Shown one piece after another: positions 12,110 to 23,700 of a stretch of 64,000 nucleotides of DNA. The stretch spans positions 114,564,263 to 114,628,262 of the forward strand of contig NC_090379.1 in the NCBI RefSeq assembly GCF_036365525.1, read 5' to 3'. Position 1 is the stretch's first letter. Every line of letters starts with the position of its first letter. A program made the position numbers and the translations under genes. This DNA comes from Heterodontus francisci (taxonomy: Eukaryota). Under the pieces are notes generated by a model. The model saw only the letters and a program-made list of their open reading frames with translations, did not search any database and had not been told where the DNA came from.

Positions 12110-14720
12110 ATAACAGCAACTTGTATTTATATAGCACCTTTTAACATAGTAAAATGCCCCAAGGTGCTTCACAAGAGTGTTCTCAAACAAAACTCAGCCA
12201 CGTAAGATATTAGATCAGATGACCAAAACCTTGGTCAAAGAAGTAAGTTTTAAGGAGTATCTTAAAGGAGGAAAGAGGTTTAGGGAGGAAATTTCAAAGC
12301 TTGGGGCCTAGGCAGCTGAAGGCGCGGCCACCGATGGTGGAATGGTTAAAATCGGGGATGCTCGAGGCTAGAATTTGAGGAGTGCAGATAATTCGGAGTG
12401 TTGCGGGGTTGGAGGAGGTTAGAGATAGGGAGAGGTGAGGCCACGGAGGGATTTGAAAACGAGGATAAGAATTTTTAAATTGAGACATGCCGATTGTAGT
12501 CTGTGAGCACAGGGAATAATGGGTGAATGGGACTTGGTGTGAATTAGGACAGGGTTAGCAGAGCTTTGGATGACCTCAAGTTTACAGAGGGTAGAATGTG
12601 GGAGGCCAGCCATGTGTGCATTGGAATAGTTGAGTCTAAAGGTAACCATGTGTGAATGAGGATTTCAGCAACAGATCAGCTGATACAAGGGCAGAGTTGG
12701 GCAATTTTTTTTTTTTTTTTACAGAGGTGGAAATGGGTGCTCTTTAGTGATGTGCTTATGTAGTCAGAAGCTCATCTCGGGGTCTAATTTAGTAAGGTTG
12801 CCAGCGGTCTGGCTCGGCCTCAGATAGTTGCCAGGGAAGGGAATGGAGTTGGTATCAAGGGAACAGAGTTTGTGATGAGGACCAAAGACGGTGACTTCAG
12901 TCTTCTGAATGTTTAGATGGAGGAAATTTCTGCCTGTCAGACAAGCATTCTAACAATTTAGAAACAGTGGAGGTGTCACCGATGTACATGTGGAAACTGA
13001 TGCTGTGTTTTTGAATGGTGGCTCTGAGGGGCAGCATGTAGATGAGAAATGTGAGGAGGCCAAAGACCAATCTTTGGGGTGCACCAGAGGTAATGGTGTG
13101 GGAGCAGGATGGGAAGCTATTGTAAGTGATACTTTGGCTCCGATTAGCTAAATAAGAATGGAACCGGTGAGAGCAGTCCCACCCAGCAGGACAACAGTGC
13201 AGAGGCATTAGAGGAGGATGGTGTGGTCAACCACATTAAACGCTGCAGACAAGTCAAGAGGAAGGATAGTTTACCTTTGTCACAGTCACATAGGATGTCA
13301 TTTGTGGCTTTGAGTGCCATTTCCGTACTGCGGCAGGGGCCGCAACCTGATTAGGATTCAAACAATCCAGGAAAATGGACATGGATTTGGAGAAGAAAGG
13401 GAGGTCGAGATGGGATGGTAGTTGCAAGAATGGAGAGAACAAGTTGTTTTTTGAGGAGGGTTGATGAAGGCAGATTGGAAGGAGAGGACAACACTGACAT
13501 TAACAATATCAGTTTAGTGGGGAAAGGATCGAGGGAGTAGGAGGTGGGTCTCGTGGACAAGATGAGCTCAGAGGGCATGAGGGAAGATGGGAGAGAAAGA
13601 TGCACGTTCAGAGCTCAGGCAGGGAGGAACCTTGGAGGAATAATGTCCTCAGGTAATGAAAAAGCCCGTGTCCTGATGCAACAAGACCTGGACAACATCC
13701 AGGTTTGTGCTGATAAGTGGCAAGTAACATTCGTGCCAGGCAATGGCCATCTCGAATAAGAGAGAATCTAACCATCTCCCCTTGACATTCAATACCATTA
13801 CCATTGCTGAATCCCCCACTATCAACATCCTGGGGGTTACCATTGACCAGAAACTGAATTGGACCAGCCACACAAATACTGTGGTTACAAGAGCAGGTCA
13901 GAGGTAGGGAGTTCTGCAGCGAGCAACTCTCCTCCTGACTCCCCAATGCCTGTCCTCCATCTACAAGGCACAAGTCAGGAGTGTGATGGAATATTGTCCA
14001 CTTGCCTGGATGGGTGCAGCTCCAACAATACTCAAGAAGCTCAACACTATCCATGGCAAAGCAGCCTGCATGAATCACCATCCATCCATCACTGGCGTAC
14101 AGTGGCAGCAGTGTGTACCATCTGCCAGATGCACTGCAGCAACTCGCCAAGGCTCCTTTGACAGCACCTTCCAAACCTGCAGCCTTTACCATCTAGAAGG
14201 TCAAGGGCAGCAGATGCAGGTGAACACCACCACCTGCAAGTTCCCCTCCAAGCCGCACACCATCCTGACTTGGAACTATATCGCCGTTCCTTCACTGTCG
14301 CTGGATGAAATTCCTGGAACTCCCTTCCTAACAGCACTGTGAGTGTACCTACGCCCCAAGGATTTCAGTGGTTTGAGAAGGCAGCTCACCACCACTGTCT
14401 CGTGGCCAGTTGGGGATGGGCAATAAATGCTGGCCTTGCCAGTGACGCCCACATCCCCATGGACAAATTAAAAAATATATATATATTTGGCCCAGTGAGC
14501 TAGTGTAAGGAAGGGAAACAGCAGAGGCAGCTGATTGGATGGCCTCCGTCTTATTGACAAAGACGTTCATGAGCTCCTCAAACTTGTTGATGGTAAAAGT
14601 GGCAGAGCCGGAAGAGGAACTTAAATAGACTGTTTGAGGTAGAGGAAAGAAGTCAGGGTTAATAAAACCTCCAATGTGTTTGCTCTCCATCTGACTTCTT
14701 TGCCACTCTTTCTCGCCACT
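12110..14720 (-). mobile_element. L2 LINE fragment interrupted by a family-B LINE (13640-14470, +)
   Basis: L2-like peptides (FLIYMLPL..HMY; TIGGRAFSCLGPKL) and an L2 tail near 12110-12140. Confidence 0.75.
13640..14470 (+). mobile_element. Non-LTR retrotransposon family B, 3' fragment
   Basis: MQQDLDNIQ..ADKWQVTF; 3' end gggcaataaatgctggccttgccagtgacgcccacatcccat. Confidence 0.85.
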
Positions 14721-14732
14721 CAAGAAGAACCG

Positions 14733-14850
14733 TATATCTATATCTAACCCCTGTGCTGTATCTGCCTTGGGAGTCATTGATGGGACAGTGTAGAGGGAGC
14801 TTTAATCTGTATCTAACCCATGTTGTACCTGTCCCGGGCAGTCCTGATAC
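14733..14850 (+). repeat. Dispersed ~67-bp tandem repeat family (gatgggacagtgtagagggagctttactctgtatctaacc)
   Basis: About 1.7 units; the same family recurs at 58410-58640. Confidence 0.7.
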
Positions 14851-15752
14851 TGACACTGTGTCTGAAGTGGAAAGTGTCTGGCATTGAACTTCAATTTGAG
14901 CACAAATTTCAAGAAAAATCCAACAGTGAGAAAAGGTAATTTTTAAGCAATTAAAGCAGGATCCCACTCAATCAGGAGTGAGGAATTGTAAAGGGGCACC
15001 AGATGTGCAGAGTATGTTGGTTTCTGAGGGATGCCTGTCTTAGTTTCAGGTTGATGTCACTGGTCTTTGTTTATTTTAGTGACGCCCAGTCTGTGCTGAG
15101 TGATGGATATTTGGATGTGTGTGAGAAGGGAGAAGTGCCTTGGGACATTTTACTAGGTAAAAGGTGCGATACGAAGGCAAGTTGTTTGGATGAGAACACT
15201 TCTGGTCTGGCTGTAATGCCCCATGCAGTTGAATAGCCTGCCTGCACTTCCTGTTTAAAAGTTTTTTGAGAAATAACCACTTAGCTTGGGTTCAGAGTGT
15301 GCATCCCTACGACAGTCACAAGCTGCTGGCAGATCTAGTGATATCTAAAATTCTGTTCAGTGTAAGTCTTGGCTTATGTGAAACTTGTAGAGAACCATGG
15401 TAAGACCACACTGAGCGCTGTGCACCAATCTGGTCATAGTATAAAAGTGCTGAACGGGCTGGGCTCTTCTGAAAAGGGAAGGTTGAGGGGTGACCGGAGT
15501 TTTTTAAATTCATGAAAGGGTTTCATAGGATAGATGTAGAGAAAATGTTTCCACTTGTGAAGGGAGTCCAAAACTACAGGCCATAAATACAAGATAGTCA
15601 CTAATAAATCCAATAAGATGGACTAGTTGAGACAAATAGCATAGATGCGCTTAAGGGAAAGCTAGTTAAGTATGTGAGGGAGAAAGGAATAGAAGTTTAT
15701 GCTGATAGGGTGGAAGGAGGCTTGTGTGGAACATACACTGGCAAAGACCATC

Positions 15753-15964
15753 AAAATAGAAAATGCTGGAAACACTCAACCGGTCAGGCAGCATCTGTGG
15801 AGAAAGAAAGACAATTAAAGTTTCAGGTTTGTGACGTTTCCTTAGAAGTGGTCCTGAAACATTTAACTCTTTCTCTCTCCACAGATGCTGCCCGACCTGC
15901 TGAGCGTTTCCAGCATTTGCCGTTTTTATTTCCGATTCCCAGCATCTACATTATTTTGCTTTTG
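15753..15964. mobile_element. Penelope-type mini-element, inverted pair, inside a CR1 3' end
   Basis: Two inverted partial copies. Degenerate TSD ACTGGCAAAGACCA 15737-15750 / ACTGGCATTGACCA 15966-15979. Confidence 0.75.
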
Positions 15965-16696
15965 TACTGGCATTGACCAGCTGGGCTGAATGGCCCGTTT
16001 CAGTGCTGTAAATATCATGTAATTCTATATAACTGCTTTTGCTCCCTGACTTGCTGAACCTGCTGCCACACCCAAGTCTCGAGGCAGAACAGCTGCTATG
16101 TTCTACAAAGCTAAGTGCGTTCTGTCCACCGGTCACCTGTGTGTGTATTTGTTTGCTGTTGCTGGTTTGCTGTTCCTGTGCGGCACTGTCCAGGGTGTCG
16201 GTCAGCACTACAGTTTGGAATTCCTATTCATTTGTTTCTAGGGTTCCTATGTAGTCCACAGTAACACAATTTGAGGCACTTGGAGTCATTCTGTGAGGCA
16301 GACAGCTGAAGGAAGTACTGTGAACAACAGGTACTTTCCTTTAAATGCAGCAAGAGTGAAGAGGAAGCTTGCTTCAGTGTGTCTCTCTCACTCTAGGGCG
16401 CAATTACAATGTGGGTGATGGGGACTGGTTTGCACACTCAACTGGGTATGACGTATAACTCCACATTGCAATTAGTCCCAAGCAATGTCTATGTTGCTAA
16501 TACTATCAGATTGTGCCGTTCAAATTCAGGATATATCCACCAATAAGGCAACAGTGCTCAGAACTAAGCCACAAAGCTCCGAGGAGTGGGTACAAATAAC
16601 CAGAGTTCAGGGGTCACCTGTGGCTTTAGGACTACAGATTAGACAACTCTGATTTGGACTAAACAGAGGGGCTGTCATTTAAGAAGGGAAAAGCTA

Positions 16697-17058
16697 GAAT
16701 GGACTTGCATTTAAATAATGTTTTATGATCTCGCACATCCCAAAGCACTTTATTTCAAAAGTACTTCCTTTGCTGTTTAGTCAGTTATAATGTAGCCAAT
16801 CTGCGCACAGCAAGGTCCCATGCAGCAATCAGATAATCAAATCATCAATTTTAGTGATAACTGAAGGATAAAATTTGACCAGAGCACTGGGGAAAAACTT
16901 AACCTGCTCTTCAAAATAGTGCCATGGAGTCTTTTACATCTACCTGACAGGGCAGACGGTGACCTCGGTTTAACGTCTCATCTGAAAGACAGCACCTCTG
17001 ACAGTGCAGCATTTCCTCAGTACTACACTGAAGTGTCAGCATAGATTTTGTGCTCAAG
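16697..17058 (-). mobile_element. DeuSINE (SacSINE1-like)
   Basis: Deu core and tail. Confidence 0.75.
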
Positions 17059-17727
17059 GAGGGAGAAAGTAGATATTGACCGATTCCTTAGTTTGTGTGG
17101 TAGTTTCTAGAGTGACTGAACGCTTGCTCAAGTATGAGCTGATCAGAGTTGGCATGGATTTGTGAAAGTTCCTGCTTTGAGGAATCTAGTTGAATTACAT
17201 TGAGGATGTGACTAGCATGGTGGACAGGGAAGTCTAGAGAAGTTTCTAAAAGCAGTGCACATCAGATCAAAATAATGTGAATTTATTGAACAATACATGG
17301 TCGTAGGGTAGGGCAATTGAAACTTAAGATTGAGATGGATAGGTTTTCGTTAAAGGTCTACAGGGATATGAAGCAAAAGTGGGTTAAGATAGCATCCGCT
17401 ATAATCTAATTGAACAATGGATTAGATTCGAGGGGCTCAATGGCCTTCTGTTCTTATGTAAGTCCATTATCATATCATGTGACTACCAGAATGGTGGAAA
17501 TCAATCTAGATGGACCTTGGTCTTTCCTCGTCCTGTATTTCCTATGTCGGAACCAAAGCTTGCATTGAGCAAGGCTGAGCTGTTGCCCTCATCGGTATTT
17601 GCAGCATTTATATGCTCAGGAAGCAGGCCTTGGCACAACTCTCCCTGAGCCTTGGGAGGAAGTATGTTTTTGGTTTTGTTTCACACACGTGTGTCTCTCT
17701 CTCCCTTCCAGGTTTGGGCAGATCAGC

Positions 17728-17784
17728 ATGGCTGACATGTCTGTTGAGGATATACAGGACCGAGCAAACCAGGTGACGGATGAG
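17728..17784 (+). CDS. SNAP23: SNAP23 coding exon 1 ([19 protein letters not shown])
   Basis: Acceptor ttccag| at 17711, ATG 17728, donor GAG|gtgagt. Confidence 0.95.
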
Positions 17785-20700
17785 GTGAGTCAGAACTGTG
17801 GGATAGGTGGGGGAAAATGGTGAGCTTTCAGCTGGAAGCAGGCTGGGGAAGAGTTGGGTGGGCTGAGGATACATCCTTCGAAACAGCTGTTGGTGTTTTT
17901 TTTTCCCTAAACTTTCCGCCCCCTTTTTTTGGGACCCCTCTAAGACACGGAAGGCTGTGGAACCCTCCAGGGTGAAGGCCTGAGTCCCTCCAGTACCCCA
18001 ACAGACTGTTAACAGTACCCAATTACTCAGTCAGTGTCAGGTGTCACAGCTGAGCCCTATTCTGTCTTCTCCTATCGCCTCGCTTTCCAGTAGCAGGCAC
18101 TGGATAGAGTGGTTGCCCATCATTACTCTGAGGAGCATTGTAGTACCTCTAATGCTTTTCCAGCTGAGATCAGCTCGCTTCTTAAGCAAAACAGTTAAAC
18201 AGCTCAGACCTGAGGTCCCGTCCCCACCCCACCCCACCCCAAGCAACTTGCTGACCATTCCAAATGTTGGTTATGCTGGGGTTGGTCAGGTGAGCTCCAC
18301 AGGGTGCTCCCAGTGTCCTCGGTTCAGCACGGGCTGCTCTGGCTTAGCCTTTCCAGCAGTCACAAGTTTATTTAATATCTGAAGGAGGCTGACTACCAAA
18401 TGCTCAGTGCAGAGTCCAACAGTAAAATTACGGAAGCACAAACTATCGTGGCTGGTGAATGCAGGGTTTGTGCGTGGCAATACCCCATGCCTGATGATTT
18501 CTGTTCCTCTGTTCACAGTCCCTGGAGAGCACCCGGAGGATGCTGCAGCTGGCGGAGGAGGTAAAGTCAAACTACATCTTCTGTTGGGGTTACAGTACAG
18601 AGTGCAGGGAGATGGGCTCTGTCAAGGGATATAGAGACAGGGAGACATGGTCTGTAATCACACTTTACTGTGACGCTGGAGCAGGCACTGTTTTTAGGTT
18701 TAATATCGCATTCTGGCATGTGCTGGAGATGTGATTGTAGCTTTCACCGGGGGGTGGGCGGGGGGAGGTCAATCGAGCAGACTGGAGCTGATCAGGGCAA
18801 GGTTGTACTTGTTTCTGTTTGTCTATATTAAAACTCTGTTGCTTGTGCACACCTCTTGCTTGTGCCTCATGCATAGTGTTATTGTCACTCTTTAAACTTT
18901 CACCATTATAAATTCACATCCACGGTCTTGCAGCACTAAAGGTCATTCAGCGCATCCAGCTTCTTTTGAAAGAGCTATCCAATTCCCCATAACCTTGTGA
19001 ATTTTTCCCCTTCAAACACGTATCCAGTTCCCTTTTGAAAGTTATTATTGACTCTGCTCCCACCGCTCTTTCAGGTAGTGTATGCCAAATCATAACTTGC
19101 TGCATTTAGGAAAAAAAAAATCTTATCTCTGTCTGGTTCTTTTGCCAATTATGTTGCATCTGCGTCCTCCTGATTACTGACTGTCCTGCCAATGGAAACC
19201 AGTTTCTCATTTATTCTATCACAATCCCTTAGTTTTGAGCACTTCTGAATCTCCCCTTAATCTTCTCGGGGAATACCCCAACTTCCCCAGTCTCTCCACT
19301 TGTTCTGGCTACCATTCTGATAAAGCACCTCTGCATCCCCTCTAAAGCCTTTATATTCTTCCCATAGTATGGTAGCCAGAACTGAATACACTATTCCAGC
19401 TGATACCTGACCAGTGATTTATTTTTTAAAAAGTGTAACTTCCTTTCTTTTATACTCTATGCCTCTGGTTATAAAGCCTGTATACGCTTTTAACATAAAA
19501 GCAAAATACTGCAGCTGCTGGAAATCTAAAATAAAAACAAAATGCTCTCTGAAAGAGTGACTATTTCTGTCTCTGCAGATGCTGCCAGACCTGCTGAGTG
19601 TTTCCAGCACTTTCTGTTTTTTATACTCAACAGCCTTCTCAACATGTCCTGCCACTTTGAGATTTGTGTACATACACCCCCAGATATCTCTGTTCCTGCA
19701 ACTGCTTCAAAACTGTACCATTTGGTTGATATTGCTTCTCATTCTTCCTACCAAAACACATCACTAGATACTTGTCTGTTAAATTTCATCTGCCATGTCC
19801 AGGCTTATTTCACCAGTCTATGATGTTCTGAAGTCTCGCTATCTTACTCATTGTTTACTACTTTTGAATACTGAGGAACCCCATTGTACACTTCCCTCCA
19901 GTCTGATAAGCAGCCGTTCTCTGCTTTGTGTCCCCTAGCCAATGTAGTATCTGTGCTGCCACTGTCCCTTTAATCCCAAGGGCTTTATTGGTGAAGTATC
20001 GGAGAAAGGGAGGAGCAGAAATGCATGTGAAGAAATGCTTACTGAAGGAGAGCACTGCAGCTGAAGAGCAAGCACAATGTTTGCAGGTTCACATTCTGGC
20101 CCCACCCCCGACCAATCTTATTTTGACTCTTCAGAGAATTATCCCAGTATGAACAGTAAAACAAATGCTGTACATATTGGGAATTTGAAAGAGGCTGGAG
20201 ATGGGTAGACAGATCCTTGAGGTTCTGGGCTCTTAACCCACACAGTGGCTAGCACTCTGGGTGTGAGCAGGCAGGGGGTATGGCTGTACCTTCTCACTAA
20301 TTCTGGCACAGTTCATCAGGTGGTGGATTTGGAGAATTGAGCCCTGTGATAACTATAGAATGTGCATGGCTCAGTGTTGGAGTCCCCACTTCTGTGCAGC
20401 CCCCTCCTGTGATTAAAGTGACCACTCAAGTGTGCTGACTCTTCCTTTTATTTCAGAGCAAGGATGCTGGTAGCAAGACCATGATTATGCTGGATGAGCA
20501 GGGAGGTGAGTGCAGAGCTCTGCTTGATACTGTGGGGCTGGTGTGGGTGGGGAGGTAGGGCCGGGGTTGTTCCACCGGCCCTAGGGCTGGTTAGCGTGGG
20601 CCCATACTTGCAGGGAAGGGGTGGGACAGGGAACATGGGGATGATCCTGCAGTGAACAACGGGTACAGTATCCTTTACAACAGTTGGACTGATGAGGGCA

Positions 20701-23700
20701 GACTGTTGTGCGTGTGGAATCTTTGCCTCCGGTTATGTATCCAGGGGTGCTGTCAGCCACTGAACGATTGGGCCATCCAATGGAGAGAAACTTCCCACCT
20801 CCTTGTTCCCTCTCCTGAGTTAAATGTTAAAAAGTGAGATAATGTTCCTCAGTACAACCAAACCTCTGGCCTGGTAGGGGAGAGTGTTAGCTGAACAGTA
20901 ATAGGGGTGGGGGGGTATTGCCAATTGGGTCATAAATTGTCCACCTGCTGATTCCCACATGGAGTAAGCTCAATCTTGGCTGGGTTGTTTCCACTATGGT
21001 GGAGCAAACTGTGTCCCTTGGCAGAACTGGCACACTCTGGTAGGACAATTCCTGACCCATGAAGTGTGTGTGTTGGGAGGAAGACACTAGGAGGAAGGAG
21101 ACTCTGGTTGTTCCAACAGAGCTTCCTGCACATTGTGGCATTCTAAAGACTCATACATTTAAACCGGGGTTTGGGGGGGCAGGTGGTGGAAAAACAGATA
21201 GAGAGCCCCTCAGCTGCTCCACACAACACCTGACCTTGCAACTATGTCCTGTTTTTGTTTAGAACAACTGAAGCGCATTGACGAGGGGCTAGATCAGATC
21301 AATCAGGATATGAAGGAGGCAGAGAAAAACCTGACCGACCTCACCAAATGTTGTGGCCTGTGTGTGTGTCCCTGCAGCAGGTAGGTGTCACTGGGCAAGT
21401 CCAGTGAATGGCTTCCAACTAACCCCCCACCCCAATTTCCCAACCAAGCCAGGGTACGATAAGAAAAAAAAAAAGGACTTGAATTTATATTGCACCTTTC
21501 ACGACCTCTGGACATCCCGAAGTTACAGCCAGTGCAGTCACTGTTTTAATGTGGGAGACGTGGCAGGCAATTTGTGCACAGCAAGTTTCCAAAACAGCAA
21601 TGGAAATGATTAGATAATCTGTTTTAGTGATGTTGATTGAGGGTCATTGGCCAGGATACTGGAGAGAACTCCCCTGCTCCTCTTCGAAAGATCTTTTGGA
21701 TCCAGCTGAGAGGGCACACAGGGCCTGGGTTTAACATTTCGCTCAATAAATAGCACCTCTGACAGCGTAGCACTCTCTCAGTACTGCATTGGAGTGTCAG
21801 CCTGGATTATGTGCTCAAGTCTCTAGAATGGGGTACTCTCAACCTTCTGACTCTGAGATGGGAGTAATACCACTGAGCCATGGCTGACAATACGCAGCAG
21901 TGTGAAAAGAATGCAGCACCTTCAGTCCAAACAGGGCACCCGTCAGTGTCCTTTAAATTACATCCCAGATGTTAAAATGGAGTTTGAAATTGAGTGAAGG
22001 ATATTAGATGGGCAGTGGCTATTTCACACAGGGGCAGACAGACTTGTTGCTGGGGTTAAGGAATGCTGTTCAGACGGTGTACAGGGAGCTTTGTGTACGT
22101 AGTATGCCTACCAACCCAGCTGATGCTGTTGCTGTGTTGAAGGCTGACTGGTTGTCTGTCCACAACTTGGTATCAAGTTGCTGTACGCAGCACACACTGG
22201 TGCTGACAGCTGCCAGGAGATTTGCCACATGCTGCCACTATATGTAAAGTCTGTGCAACTGTGTCTTGTAAATTGATCAGAATTTTGCTTCAAGCCCAAA
22301 GGAGTGTCTTCAGTATTCAAGCTCTGGAACGGTAGCTGTGGTTAATGTGTGTGACATGCTCAGCATGAAGTGTGATGATTGAGTTTTCAGGTCTGTTGTT
22401 TGTCAAACTAACTCCTTTCTGCTGGTTACAGTTCAGCTGCTCTCTAACAATCACAATCTGCTCGCCACTTTTGCTACCACTGTCCATTAGCAAGTTAATC
22501 AAATCAAACTGTGGCTGACAGAATTCTAATTCCAGAGGGCAGCTCAGGAGGAGTGCTTCAGGCTGTTTCTCTAATGCTAGAATCCTCATTAACACTGCTC
22601 TACCTATAATGTCTATTCTTTGAGTTCATTTTCTTGCTCTCTCTCACTCTTCCCCCGCCCCTTTTTTCTTCCCTATGCTTCATTCATTGGAGATTAACCC
22701 TAATATAATCCTGAGTGGAAAATGGGAGCCAGTCAGTGACGTACACAGTGGATTCTGACATGGAGAACACTGCCGATTTGGGAATCGTGTGCTGTCCGCA
22801 TATTGAGTAGGTGGTACATTTAACTGCATGCTGCATGAACCTGGTGTGTGCCTGTTTAAATCGTGTAAATGTTGCAAGTCTGTGTCGTTAAAACAAAGAA
22901 ATTATATTTCTACATCGCCTTTCACAATCTCAGGATGTCACAAAGCATTTCGCACGCAATGAAGTATTTCTGAAGTGTAGTCACTGTTGGAAATGTTGCA
23001 GCCAACCTATACACAGAAAGACTCCACAAACAGCAATGTGATAATGACCAGATGATTTTTTTTTTTGTGGTGTTGATTGAGGAATAAATATTGGCCAGGA
23101 CTCAAAAGATACCCCTGTGTGCTTTGAAATAGTGCCATGGGATCTTTTATGCCCACTGAAAGGGAAGACAAGGCCTTAGTTTAAGGTCTGCTTTGAAAGA
23201 CCTCCAGTGCAGCACACTCTCATTATTGTACTGGTGTGTTAGCCTAGATTATGTGTTCAAGTCAAAATATGTAGGGAGAAGGATTAAGGGAATTGCTAAA
23301 AGGAATACTGGAACCACCAACAGAATGACAAACAGTGGTGGACTGAGAAGGAACTGGAAATGAGCAGAGTGTTGAACAACTAAACCTAACAGGAAGAATT
23401 TCTTTTGGTAAATCATGACAGTAAATGAAGTTGTCCAATGGAAATTGAGAAACATTAATGTCATCCTTGTTTCCTTCCTTAAAAGACTTAACCTACTAAG
23501 TAAGGGCATTGCCCAGTTCTGTCCTAAAATGGCAATCGGGGTCTTGTATACACCATAGAACGCTGATTTGTATATTAAAAGAGGCCTACAGCCTGATTCA
23601 GGCAGAAGGCCCTGAGGACGATAGAGACTGCTACGTAGCAGTAATGGGGTGATACTAACTAAAAAAGACAAACAGTAGCCACCATCCTCGGAGATTCCAC

